Assembly: GCA_964607485.1 (NCBI GenBank)
Contig: CAZSKP010000043.1
Location: 1-35,973, forward strand
DNA from: an uncultured bacterium
GTDB taxonomy: Bacteria; Abyssobacteria; SURF-5
Reading direction: 5' to 3'
Length of the DNA stretch: 35,973 bases
Shown here: positions 9,445 to 18,854 of the stretch, in pieces
Position numbering within the stretch: position 1 is the stretch's first letter
How the letters are laid out: each line of letters begins with the position of its first letter
Position numbers and translations under genes: made by a program
Notes under the pieces: model-generated
Databases searched by the model: none
Seen by the model: the letters and a program-made list of their open reading frames with translations, nothing else
What the model was told of the DNA's origin: nothing

Positions 9445-10395
9445 TCAAGAAAGCAGCTGCGACACTACAAGCAATGCTATGGTGTACAGCACAAAGAAGA
9501 CTGCCAGCAGGCGCACCTTCTTAGGGTTCAACTTTACCCATTCAACAAACCGAACAAGCAGCGAACGCGGCGCAGGCTGGGCGGCGACACCGCCGGCCGC
9601 AATCCGCCTCAGGAGCTCGTCGGCGCTTCCGACTTCGGCAGTCTTCCTAAGAGCCGCCGAAATATTCGAGCATTCGAGGTTGCGTTCGGCGCCGAACTTG
9701 GATCTCAGTTTCTCGAGCGTTTCCGCGTCCGGGGTCGCCGCGCTTGAGATGTTGAATGCTTCGACCGCAAGAGGCGCATTACGGAACATCTCCACGTAGT
9801 CTTCAAAGTGGCGGCGGTTTATCGTGTTCTCATGATAGATAAATTTGATGATGGGCTCGATGAGCTCGTCGCAGCACGGTCCCGACATTAGATAGGTGCG
9901 CAGCTCGTCCGGCGTCATCAGCAGATGCGCAAAATCCGGGATGGGATTCCTGCCCGGTTTCCAGAATCGAGCCTCTTTTTTTCCCGCCGTGGCGCACACA
10001 TGGTGACCCGTAGCGCTTGACCAGATCGGCCCGAAACTCGTGTAGAACACCCCGTCCGGCCTCAGCACGCGCGCCACCTCGCTCATAAACAAGCCAATGT
10101 CGCCGACGTGCTCCATCGTGGCTATGGAAAGCGCGGCGTCAAACGAAGCGTCGGGGAACGGAAGCGTGCATCCGTCTCCCCTCACGAACAGGGGAGCGCT
10201 GTCGTCGCCGCGCCGCTCTTCCAACCGCGGGAAATGCGGGGCCGGATTCAGGCCGACAACCGTTGCCCCGGTTATTCTGGTCAGGGCCGCAGCCACTTCG
10301 CCCTTTATGTCGCTGCCGATTTCCAGGATTTGTTTGACGGAAGAAGGGAGCACGCTGAGGAACGCTCCTATTTCGTGCTCTTGATAGGGCAGCAT
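9445..10395 (-). CDS. Class I SAM-dependent methyltransferase with a C-terminal membrane anchor
   Basis: 'ILEIGS', 'GDGCTLPFPDASFDAALSIATMEH', 'EVARVLRPDG', 'FGPIWSSATGHH'. Terminal hydrophobic helix 'LLAVFFVLYTIALLVVSQLL'. Confidence 0.85.
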   Translation of the reverse strand: MLPYQEHEIGAFLSVLPSSVKQILEIGSDIKGEVAAALTRITGATVVGLNPAPHFPRLEERRGDDSAPLFVRGDGCTLPFPDASFDAALSIATMEHVGDIGLFMSEVARVLRPDGVFYTSFGPIWSSATGHHVCATAGKKEARFWKPGRNPIPDFAHLLMTPDELRTYLMSGPCCDELIEPIIKFIYHENTINRRHFEDYVEMFRNAPLAVEAFNISSAATPDAETLEKLRSKFGAERNLECSNISAALRKTAEVGSADELLRRIAAGGVAAQPAPRSLLVRFVEWVKLNPKKVRLLAVFFVLYTIALLVVSQLLS

Positions 10396-10397
10396 GT

Positions 10398-11441
10398 TCA
10401 GAATCCCTGGTTAATGGGAACCTCCGATTCCCTGTTCAGCAGGCATATCTCGCAAACGGAGTTGGCGAAGGCTCCAGTTTCAAACTGGTTTCTCAGGCTC
10501 TTCATTTTGCGCCCGGTAATCACTTTCTTAAAGCCACTCTCAATCAGGTTCCCGATGCAGTCGTAACGGTGTATCCGCGGGCACACAGACACGTCGCCGT
10601 TGCTGGAGATGTACAGCTGGTTCCACGGCGCTCGACATGCTTTGGATTGTCCCGGACCGTCTGTATAAAGAGGAATAGAGAACTCGATACCATGCTCCGC
10701 CGCTTTTGCTCTTGCGGACTCAATGATGCCGTTTGCCGTGTTCTTGTCCCGTATGATTTCGTCGTTCATGTCCAGGCCTTCGTTCAGGATGAGATGCCTG
10801 CCTCGAATTTCTTCGATTCCCGAGTTGTGAGCGAGGTCAACAAATCCCGGCAATTCCGTGAGGTTGGCCCTCATGAGAGTCAGGTTTGCGCCAAGGCGGG
10901 GCTTATCTTTCCCATGCTTCTGTTTCAGCCTGTGGAGCTTTCCGATATTCTCCATCACCTTTTCAAAGTTTCCTCCTTTGCGGATCTTTTCATATGTCTC
11001 CTTCTTGGTTTCTCCAATGCTGAAAAGATAGACATCTATTTCGGCATCGACGACAGCATCAGCCAAATCATCGGAAAGCACGTTGCCGTTTGTGAGTATT
11101 TCCGTGTGCGGAATGCAATACTTCCCGAGGATTCTCACTATTTCGGCGGCGTTCTTGGCAATTGAATACTCCCACGCGCAGGAAAGCTGCAACGAGGCAA
11201 CATGTTTTCGAGACTTGGCAAGGATGGCGTCGAAATCCGAGGCCGTCATCCGGACCATCTGTTTATTGTTTCGGGGGCAGAAGGTGCATCTCAGATTGCA
11301 GGCGTTGGTCGTATCGATCAGGATATGATACTGCCCGAGCTGCTCCGTTCTCGTGAGGAAGTCTCTGGCGCGCGTCACTCGAGCCGTATTTTGAGCCCCG
11401 AGAATCCTCTTCACGGCGTTCTTTGCCGCCGGTCCAATCAC
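10398..11441 (-). CDS. Radical SAM protein with a SPASM/twitch domain
   Basis: CxxxCxxC 'CNLRCTFC', 'LTNG', 'YEKIRKGGNFEKV', SPASM-like 'CRAPWNQLYISSNGDVSVC...IGNL...CEIC'. Start placed at GTG 11441 after a G-rich RBS; the ORF track extends to 11522. Confidence 0.9.
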   Translation of the reverse strand: MIGPAAKNAVKRILGAQNTARVTRARDFLTRTEQLGQYHILIDTTNACNLRCTFCPRNNKQMVRMTASDFDAILAKSRKHVASLQLSCAWEYSIAKNAAEIVRILGKYCIPHTEILTNGNVLSDDLADAVVDAEIDVYLFSIGETKKETYEKIRKGGNFEKVMENIGKLHRLKQKHGKDKPRLGANLTLMRANLTELPGFVDLAHNSGIEEIRGRHLILNEGLDMNDEIIRDKNTANGIIESARAKAAEHGIEFSIPLYTDGPGQSKACRAPWNQLYISSNGDVSVCPRIHRYDCIGNLIESGFKKVITGRKMKSLRNQFETGAFANSVCEICLLNRESEVPINQGF

Positions 11442-11538
11442 GTCGGTTCCCCCCAATGTGTATGCCCGCCGCTTCTGCTTCGCCTGTCTCCAAAGCAAGA
11501 GACTGCGGGCATTTGCGCGCATTGCGCATGCATCTGAT

Positions 11539-11568
11539 ATTGTACGGGAATATTCTCAATCATGTCAA
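11539..11568 (-). promoter_or_regulatory. Sigma70-type promoter for the radical SAM-methyltransferase-GT2 operon
   Basis: Minus strand reads TTGACA-N18-TACAAT. Confidence 0.6.
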
Positions 11569-11990
11569 CAGACGACAGGGAAACGCACAATTCAAGTTCA
11601 GAATGATCTCGCCTGTCGCTCCGCTTGAATCGATGGGCAAACCTGCCAATGGCACCGCACAGAAATCCCCTCGCCGATCACGCACACCAATCGATTCCGC
11701 AATACAATTGCATGAGCGGCCTCTTTTGGTTTGAGGACTAGCCGATGCTTGCCCTTGACGGAGTTCTCGCCGGCAATTCTATGCGATTGCAGGCAAGGCC
11801 GCCTCTGATACTCATTACTCATGGCGGGGTTGAATACCAAGGTTCTTAAATACTCGCCTCGGTCTTTCAGGACACAGGAGAAGGGGACTCTGCCAATAGG
11901 ACGCGCCATGCCATATGATTCGTCTTGAAGTGCATATGCCGTCCACTCATCAAGGGGCTGATCTCAAGATACATGGCCATTCTGAAGAAT

Positions 11991-14030
11991 TCAGAGAAAG
12001 TCGGCATTTCCAACTTTGTCATCAGCCTGTTCTATGAATTCCAAATCTCCTACAGCAACTCCCAGTAATCTGTAATCCGGCGACAAACCATAGTCTGAAG
12101 GCCGCCACGCCTCAGATCTTATCCGCAATTCGATGAGTTTCCGATCCTTTATCTTTTCCTTTACCTCCTCTGGGAAAATGATCCGATACCGCCTCAGACC
12201 GGAGTGATCGACTTCTAATCGGGCCAATTCTTCGTTCTCCACACTGATAACGGGATGTAACAGCAGATGGGGTGAACCACCCAGTTCAATACTTATTCCA
12301 TCTATCTGACGCGCGCCTGGATAGCATCCAATATTCAATACGAGAAAAGCGTTTCCCTCCGTCCATCTCCACCGCACCTGTTCACTCGCCTCATACTCCC
12401 AGGGGTAAAATCCGGAATCGCTGGCAACAAACTCGTTTGCGTCTTGAGACGACAATGCCTGCCATTGTTTCAGACGTTCGGCGGCAGGGTCGAACACGAG
12501 AACCAAGCTCTCTGGCTTTCGTGTGAGGTCGAGGGCGCTACAGAAGTCCATGGACCGGGCACTCTGTAGAACCGGGTATCTTGACCGAACAGTTGCGCCA
12601 ATCGAAACAAGTACAATTGAGCGTTCATCATAGTAGGAAACTTCGGTAATGAACCCATTTCTGGCGATAAAGAATGAATGAACTTCTGGGAGTAAACGGT
12701 CCGGCACGTTGACCAGGTATACGCGAGTTCTCTTGTCCAGGTTCTTGGTGTAAAACTGATAGGAATCTACCAGGTTGTGCTCCACTTCCGAGGCTTTTCG
12801 CCAATTCCGCTTTGCTGCCGTCAGCAGCCTCAGGCCTGGAATCGAGAGCGAAAGCACCAAAACAAGCGTTATCAGTTCGGTGGCAAGATTCCGAAACCTG
12901 CCGAATCTGTTCCCCACATAAATGCCTATACTCCTTGACAGAATTGCAGCAAAGCATGCCATGCCGACCGAAGCCAACGCGAAGTATCGGTATTGCGGGC
13001 CCATTATCGCAAAAAGAGGGAGGTATGTGATGCATCCCCATAGGAGAAAAAAGGCGGCATTCCGACAAGCAGAACGAATGCCCGGGGCAGAACTCCACTT
13101 ACGGCGACAAACCACAATCAGCACAATAAGAAAGCCAACAATTGCAGTCAAAGTTGAGATGGGAAAAGCCTTAGCCCAAGCTCGGACTAAGGGAAGGATG
13201 CCGGAGGACGAAAGCACATGATTGTAATCAAAGATGCCGTGGATGGCTCCCTGAACAATAAGGGGCTTCACGTGCAACCATACCGGCTGAAGCCTTTGCC
13301 CATGGTAGAACTTAAAAGCGAATACGGAAATCACAAGCGCTAATGCCGGGATGTACTTCCGGGTCGAAGCTGCCAGCTCTGCAAAGTTTTTCAAAGGGGA
13401 TTTCGCTTTCTGCAACGAAAAATGGAACAGTAATTCATAACACGCCCAAACAGGCACGATGAAACATGCCTGCTCGGTTGTAAGCAACGCTATCAGCAGC
13501 AAGATATTGCACAGTACGAGTTGTCGGAAATCTTTTGACTTCAAATATTTGGCAAAAAATATAAACGACGCAACGCACAGAATAACCATTGCGGAGGTAA
13601 TCCTGCCGGTTTTCCAGAACATTATCTCGTGATTGTCGGCAAATGTCAGAAAGAGGAGGCCCGCCGCCAGGGACGTTACTAAATCTCGCGTCACAAGATG
13701 GGCAACATAAATTGTAAGCAGCGTGGCGAAGAGACAGAACAGAATGAGAAAGATGTTGTCAAGAAGCGGGTTGGGGCCAACGAGTATACCCGGAAACGCA
13801 GCGATGATTTGCCCGATGGGCTGATAGTGTAGAGACTGAGAACTAATGCGAAATACATTGTGTTCCTTCACCGCGGCAAAATATGTAAAATCGTCGCAGG
13901 CGAAATAGAACCTCCAGACACCCCAAAAAATATAGGGAACAAGGGCGACCAAAAGAGCGCACCACACGGACACCAGGAGCCAATGGGGCTTCTCTGATAT
14001 TTGAGAGTCTCTATAGTTCGTTAACGACAT
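11991..14030 (-). CDS. Multi-pass membrane protein, GT-C-like glycosyltransferase with a C-terminal extracytoplasmic beta domain
   Basis: Acidic loop 'YFACDDFTYF' after TM1, 'HYQPIG', 'ALLTTEQA', 'QYRYFALAS', many TM segments. C-terminal 'SGFYPWE...WRWTEG...DYRLLGVAV' domain. Start moved to ATG 14030 because ATG 14117 overlaps a -10 element. Confidence 0.6.
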   Translation of the reverse strand: MSLTNYRDSQISEKPHWLLVSVWCALLVALVPYIFWGVWRFYFACDDFTYFAAVKEHNVFRISSQSLHYQPIGQIIAAFPGILVGPNPLLDNIFLILFCLFATLLTIYVAHLVTRDLVTSLAAGLLFLTFADNHEIMFWKTGRITSAMVILCVASFIFFAKYLKSKDFRQLVLCNILLLIALLTTEQACFIVPVWACYELLFHFSLQKAKSPLKNFAELAASTRKYIPALALVISVFAFKFYHGQRLQPVWLHVKPLIVQGAIHGIFDYNHVLSSSGILPLVRAWAKAFPISTLTAIVGFLIVLIVVCRRKWSSAPGIRSACRNAAFFLLWGCITYLPLFAIMGPQYRYFALASVGMACFAAILSRSIGIYVGNRFGRFRNLATELITLVLVLSLSIPGLRLLTAAKRNWRKASEVEHNLVDSYQFYTKNLDKRTRVYLVNVPDRLLPEVHSFFIARNGFITEVSYYDERSIVLVSIGATVRSRYPVLQSARSMDFCSALDLTRKPESLVLVFDPAAERLKQWQALSSQDANEFVASDSGFYPWEYEASEQVRWRWTEGNAFLVLNIGCYPGARQIDGISIELGGSPHLLLHPVISVENEELARLEVDHSGLRRYRIIFPEEVKEKIKDRKLIELRIRSEAWRPSDYGLSPDYRLLGVAVGDLEFIEQADDKVGNADFL

Positions 14031-14115
14031 CGACGTCTCTGCTTTTTGATACTTTGAGCAATGAGATACGTGGCGCTGAACAGTTCGCTTCTTTGCTGAC
14101 AACGCGTCTTTTGAC

Positions 14116-14145
14116 ATTCTAGGGAATACTTTCGATTGTTGTCAA
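14116..14145 (-). promoter_or_regulatory. Sigma70-type promoter for the GT-C-like gene
   Basis: Minus strand reads TTGACA-N18-TAGAAT. Confidence 0.6.
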
Positions 14146-14374
14146 CTAGCCTGCTCTTCTCAGCATCCCAGGTGGTGTGGCATGTTCTTTGGCGCACATG
14201 AGGCCAAGAGAATCAGGAATACGGTCGTATCTTCTTCGTTCTCCCGATTGAGCATTCTTGAAGTTTCCCGCATGTTTCGGCTATACTTGCACGCAAGGGA
14301 TGAAACGGGGCCGTTACCCGCCGGCGGGACTGTTCACAGGTCTTCGGAACCGGCTTTTCGGAGTTCGCGCATAA

Positions 14375-15733
14375 ATGAAAATCGCGTTTGATGGGAGGCT
14401 GCTTCACCGGTCGGTCACGGGAGTGGAGCGGTATGCCTGGAGTCTTCTTCGGCATCTCGCCGACCGCGACAGAAGCAATATCTATGAAATCTACGTGGCG
14501 GACGAAGCCGTTCAAAACGAGAGGTTTCAAGATAATTTCAAGCCAAAATCTGTTGCCTCTCCGGGAGATATGCTGTCAAAGGTTCTTCTCGACAGGACGG
14601 ACGCTCGGCCCGACATTTATCATCTCACATGGATGACCGACTCTGCGTTAGATATCATCCTGATGAGGTTAGTCCCCAGCGTGTTGACGGTTCACGATCT
14701 GATCCTGTACGAGAGCGAACATCTTTTCCCCGATGAATTTTCCTTCCAAAAATACCGAAAGGCGGTCTCCCTTGCGATTAGATTCGCCTCCAGAATCATA
14801 TCGGTTTCCGATTACACGAAGCATGCCGTGTGCGAAACCTTCCAGGTCGCCCCTGAAAAAGTGAGGACGGTCCACCATGCCGCCGATGAAGGATTCCACA
14901 AGATCAGTGACCCCGCACGCATCAAAGCAATCAAGGAGAAATACGGAATACGCGGCCGATTCATATTGAATCTGAGCACGGACTACTTCCATAAGAACGC
15001 CAAAAACTTGATTCTTGCTTTTGATAGCCTCGCCGGCGGCTCAGGCATCGACGCAACCCTTGTCATCGCAGGCAAAAGACATTGCGGCAAAGGAGCCGAT
15101 GAGATTCGACAGGTTCTCGATGGGGCTGCTCACGGCAATCGAATTATATGGCTCGAACATCTGCCGGAGGAAGACATGTGCGCAATGTATAATGCCGCGG
15201 ATGTCTTTGCGTTTCCGTCTCTTCACGAAGGATTCGGGCTGCCGATTCTCGAGGCAATGGCATGCGGAACGCCGGTCGTTGCGTCCGACAGAACATCTAT
15301 TCCCGAAGTTGCCGGCGACGCCGCTTGTCTGATCGACGCCACCAGGCCGGAAGAAATCGCCAGAGCCCTGAAGTCAGTGTTGACTGACTCAGAGCTGAAA
15401 GATTCGCTGATTCAAAAGGGCTTTGACAACTTAAAAAGGTTCGATTGGCAAAAGGCGGCTGCGGAGACGCTGGAAGTTTATGAAGAATTATATGAAGAAA
15501 CGAAAGAGAAGGGCGCCGGCGCAGCCATTCAGCCGGAGGTGGAGGATTGGCTGAGGCTTCAGCTTTTGGAATACAATCATCTCGAAGGAAAGATCACCGA
15601 ATTGACCGATGCTCTTCAGCTGCGCGAAAAACATCTGGAGAGCATTCTTGGCGCACGCCCTCTGAATATTCTCAGGAAAATCAAGCGAAGTCTAAGCGGA
15701 TCCTCGGACGTGGAGCGGAGGCCGGAAGGCTGA
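14375..15733 (+). CDS. Glycosyltransferase family 4 (MtfB-like) with a C-terminal coiled-coil extension
   Basis: 'MKIAFDGR...TGVERY', 'VLTVHDLI', 'ISVSDYTK', 'HKN', 'FAFPSLHEGFGLPILEAMACGTPVVASDRTSIPEVAGDA', 'FDWQKAAAETLEVY'. Confidence 0.93.
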   Translation: MKIAFDGRLLHRSVTGVERYAWSLLRHLADRDRSNIYEIYVADEAVQNERFQDNFKPKSVASPGDMLSKVLLDRTDARPDIYHLTWMTDSALDIILMRLVPSVLTVHDLILYESEHLFPDEFSFQKYRKAVSLAIRFASRIISVSDYTKHAVCETFQVAPEKVRTVHHAADEGFHKISDPARIKAIKEKYGIRGRFILNLSTDYFHKNAKNLILAFDSLAGGSGIDATLVIAGKRHCGKGADEIRQVLDGAAHGNRIIWLEHLPEEDMCAMYNAADVFAFPSLHEGFGLPILEAMACGTPVVASDRTSIPEVAGDAACLIDATRPEEIARALKSVLTDSELKDSLIQKGFDNLKRFDWQKAAAETLEVYEELYEETKEKGAGAAIQPEVEDWLRLQLLEYNHLEGKITELTDALQLREKHLESILGARPLNILRKIKRSLSGSSDVERRPEG

Positions 15734-15823
15734 TCTATGCATAGATTATGTTCCATCCGGGAGAGCGATTTCGAGCAGAATATTCCGGTGTGACTGAGAG
15801 AGTTGTTTGCAGAAAGGGACAAG

Positions 15824-16513
15824 ATGCCCGGACAATGGAAGCTTTCTGTTATCGTTCCCGTTTATAATGAGATCGTCACATTGGAGGAGATCGTGCGGGC
15901 GGTGCGGTCTGTCGATGTTCCGAAGGAAATCATTATCGTCGACGACTGCTCGACCGACGGCACGCGCGACCTTTACCCGCAGCTTGAGTCCCTGGTGGAT
16001 AAGATCGTCCTCTTCGACAAGAATCAGGGAAAGGGCGCTGCCATTCGGGAAGGATTGCGCCACGTGACGGGCGACTATGTGGTCGTTCAGGATGCCGACC
16101 TGGAATACAGCCCCGATGAGTATCATGACCTCCTGCAACCACTGCTTGAGGACAAGGCCGATGTCGTCTACGGGTCGCGTTTCCTCGGGGGACAGCCTCA
16201 CCGCGTTCTCTATTTCTGGCACAGCGTGGCAAACCATTTCCTGACGCTGCTGTCGAACATGTTCACAAACCTCAACCTGACCGATATGGAAACGTGCTAC
16301 AAGATGTTCAGAACCTCCGTCATAAAACAGATTGAGATAGAGGAGAATCGATTCGGTTTCGAGCCGGAGATCACCGCAAAACTGGCCCGGATGCGCGTGC
16401 GCTTTTATGAAATAGGCATCTCTTATTACGGGCGCACGTACGAAGAGGGCAAGAAGATAGGATTGAAGGACGCCTTTAGAGCCGTCTGGTGCATCCTGAA
16501 GTATTCGTTCTGA
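15824..16513 (+). CDS. Glycosyltransferase family 2, polyprenyl/dolichyl-phosphate sugar synthase-like
   Basis: 'LSVIVPVYNE', 'VDDCSTDGT', 'NQGKGAA', 'VQDADLEY', 'VYGSRF', 'LTDMETCYK', 'FGFEPEITAK', 'GRTYEEGKKIG'. Start at ATG 15824. Confidence 0.93.
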   Translation: MPGQWKLSVIVPVYNEIVTLEEIVRAVRSVDVPKEIIIVDDCSTDGTRDLYPQLESLVDKIVLFDKNQGKGAAIREGLRHVTGDYVVVQDADLEYSPDEYHDLLQPLLEDKADVVYGSRFLGGQPHRVLYFWHSVANHFLTLLSNMFTNLNLTDMETCYKMFRTSVIKQIEIEENRFGFEPEITAKLARMRVRFYEIGISYYGRTYEEGKKIGLKDAFRAVWCILKYSF

Positions 16514-16603
16514 CCTTGTCACCACAATGGCCGGAATCAAGGATTCTCTTCCGCAACAGGGACATTCAGTCAAGAGTCGTCGGCCCTTGGAGAACCGCTC
16601 CTC

Positions 16604-18178
16604 GTGACCTCTCGTCCAGACGATAAAGCTCTGTCATGTATCCGTTCGGCCCGTGGCGTGCTCATCCCCGCAGCGTTGTTCGTTGTGTTCATATCGCTTG
16701 CCCATTGGCTCGGGCTGTGGGACGTGCAGATTCTGCCCAATCTGTATCAACTCCTCGACTCGAACGAGCTAAAGAGCCATCCTTTCAACAGCCTGCTCTA
16801 CTTGCACAGCCAGCCCCCGGGATTCAACGCGCTCTTCGCCCTGATATTGAACCTAAGCGACCTCACGGGAATTCGCGAGGAAATGCTCGTGAAGGTCCTT
16901 TTCCTGTCGGGCGGGTTCGTCGGCGCCGTGCTCCTGTTCAACGTCATTCGTCAGGTGTCGGACTCCACGACCTTGGCCGTTCTTGGTCTGATTGCTCTGC
17001 TCTCTAACCCGGCGTATCATGTGTACGGGAGCATGTTTTTCTATCCGTTCATCCTTCACTTCTTGTTCCTGATTCTCATATGGCTGATCGCATCGTACCT
17101 GAGGCACGGAAGGACAATATCATTGTTTCTGATCGTGCTTCTTATGGCGCTCATAACCAACACCAGGACGTTGTTTCATCCCGTATGGGCGGTTGGTTTG
17201 TATGTGATTGTCGTTTTCGGCAAGATGTGGACATCGCGAGAACGCGACAGAAAGGAACTGCAGCGATTTGGTGTGGCCTTCCTCTTGCTCCTGTTGCTGT
17301 TGTGCATCTGGCCGCTGAAGAACTACCTGGTGTTCGGACAATTCACGTATAGCTCATGGAGTGGATACAGCCTCTCCCGCGGCTTGCCCGTCAAGAACGA
17401 GCTCCTCGACAAATATGTATATGGAGACGCGGGCGTCGTATCCGATGAGGTCAAACAATACCTGGAACAATTCCGGCCCGTCTTCAAGGGCGACTCTCTC
17501 AACGTCATCTCCGCCCCAAGAAAGAGTGATGGAAGCCTGAATTGGAATCATATCGTATTCGTGATGACCAATCGAGACTTGACAAAGCGAGCCATCGAGT
17601 GGAGGCTCAACCACATCCGACCATATTTGAAGCGAATAGTCTTCTATTACTTACTCTGGACCAGGCCATCGTACATACATCCTTACGAAGGAATCATCCT
17701 TGGTCCCGAAACCGACAGATACTATATCTACTCGGAGACATACAACCAGCTGATCGACCCCGACCTCCGGCCGTTTGTCGAACTGCTGACGCCGGACCTT
17801 TTCCTTCATCGAATGGCGGCCTACGGACGCATGGTTCCGGTTGAATACACGCTCTACGGCCTCGTCGTTCTGCCTCTCTTACTCATCTCCGCCGCCGCGT
17901 TCATTCTCTTCAACCTGAAGAAGCGGAGACCCCGAGAGGGAATCGTGACGGCGTGCCTGTTCTGTCACGTTTTCCCCATGGTGGCCGCGTGTCTCACCGA
18001 CGGCTTCGAAGGCAACAGGATGAGCTTTTCCACGTCGCCGTTGCTGATTATCGCTGCGGCCTACGTAATTCATGAATCGATTGTAGCCGCTCATGCCCTG
18101 ACGGTCCGAGCCCGGCATCTCTCTGCGCAAAGAGAGGAAGAGAAGAAGGAAGAAAGTGAGGAACATCCCCAGGCCTAG
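16604..18178 (+). CDS. Multi-pass membrane protein, probable GT-C-like glycosyltransferase
   Basis: 524 aa with about 10 hydrophobic segments. 'LLYLHSQPPGFN', 'NTRTLFHP', 'WPLKNYLVFGQF', 'EGNRMSF'; directly follows the DPM-synthase-like GT2. Confidence 0.55.
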   Translation: MTSRPDDKALSCIRSARGVLIPAALFVVFISLAHWLGLWDVQILPNLYQLLDSNELKSHPFNSLLYLHSQPPGFNALFALILNLSDLTGIREEMLVKVLFLSGGFVGAVLLFNVIRQVSDSTTLAVLGLIALLSNPAYHVYGSMFFYPFILHFLFLILIWLIASYLRHGRTISLFLIVLLMALITNTRTLFHPVWAVGLYVIVVFGKMWTSRERDRKELQRFGVAFLLLLLLLCIWPLKNYLVFGQFTYSSWSGYSLSRGLPVKNELLDKYVYGDAGVVSDEVKQYLEQFRPVFKGDSLNVISAPRKSDGSLNWNHIVFVMTNRDLTKRAIEWRLNHIRPYLKRIVFYYLLWTRPSYIHPYEGIILGPETDRYYIYSETYNQLIDPDLRPFVELLTPDLFLHRMAAYGRMVPVEYTLYGLVVLPLLLISAAAFILFNLKKRRPREGIVTACLFCHVFPMVAACLTDGFEGNRMSFSTSPLLIIAAAYVIHESIVAAHALTVRARHLSAQREEEKKEESEEHPQA

Positions 18179-18181
18179 GCC

Positions 18182-18210
18182 TTGCGTTTTGGAGACAGTG
18201 GCTGTATAAT
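18182..18210 (+). promoter_or_regulatory. Sigma70-type promoter for the DUF151 gene
   Basis: TTGCGT-N17-TATAAT, with RBS GGGGAGG downstream. Confidence 0.6.
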
Positions 18211-18245
18211 CGACGTGGTAATCTTTTTTCGGGGAGGAACTTTTC

Positions 18246-18719
18246 ATGGCAATGCTCGAAATGAAACTCGATGGAGTGATGTACGATGTGCTTAAGCGGC
18301 CCATCGTCATACTCAGGTACGAAGAACGCATACTCCCCATTCTTGTGGGAAACGCGGAAGCCTTCGCGATAGCGAACGGAATGGAAAAGGTCGAGATGCC
18401 TCGACCGATGACGCACGACCTGATCACCTTCATTCTGAAAGGGTTCCAGACAACCCTTCAGAGCGTGCAGGTGTACAAGCTCGAGGGCGGCACCTTTTAC
18501 GCCTATCTCATGCTCACTCAGGAAGGCAACGGGACGGGCGATATGAACATCATCAAGATCGACTGCCGTCCGAGCGACGCGATCGCGATCGCGGTGAGGA
18601 CGTCCAGCCCCATCTACGTCGAGGAGGAAGTCCTCCGCGTGGCCGGCCAAGACAGCATGCCGCAGGAGGACATCGAAGGCACAGAGGAAGACGAGGGAGA
18701 GGAAGACTTCCTCGAATGA
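18246..18719 (+). CDS. Bifunctional nuclease family protein (DUF151)
   Basis: 'PIVILR...LPILVGNAEAFAI', 'PRPMTHDL', 'GTFYAYL', 'IDCRPSDAIAIAVR...PIYVEEEVL'; acidic tail. Confidence 0.92.
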   Translation: MAMLEMKLDGVMYDVLKRPIVILRYEERILPILVGNAEAFAIANGMEKVEMPRPMTHDLITFILKGFQTTLQSVQVYKLEGGTFYAYLMLTQEGNGTGDMNIIKIDCRPSDAIAIAVRTSSPIYVEEEVLRVAGQDSMPQEDIEGTEEDEGEEDFLE

Positions 18720-18800
18720 GGAGGGCTCATTCCCCGATGGGCCCCGGTTTGCGAGCGGCCTCGACCACGCCGAAACAAGCCCGCCGATATCAAATGCAAT

Positions 18801-18833
18801 GAAAAGGGCGAGAGCGCCGACTCTCCCCCCTCG
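18801..18833 (-). terminator. Probable intrinsic terminator after the zinc-finger/H1-tail gene
   Basis: Minus strand GGGGGAGAG-tcggcg-CTCTCGCCC stem followed by TTTT. Confidence 0.55.
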
Positions 18834-18854
18834 AATGCCGTCTGTCTGCTCCAC

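Noticed and set aside
11635-11670. GGGCAAACC resembling the start of a c-di-GMP-I riboswitch
   Set aside because: Lacks the GNRA-capped P2 stem, the GACGCAAAG segment and P3, and is not oriented toward a downstream gene.
11598-11909. 103-aa minus-strand ORF in the intergenic gap
   Set aside because: No motif and no convincing RBS; cannot be supported as a gene.
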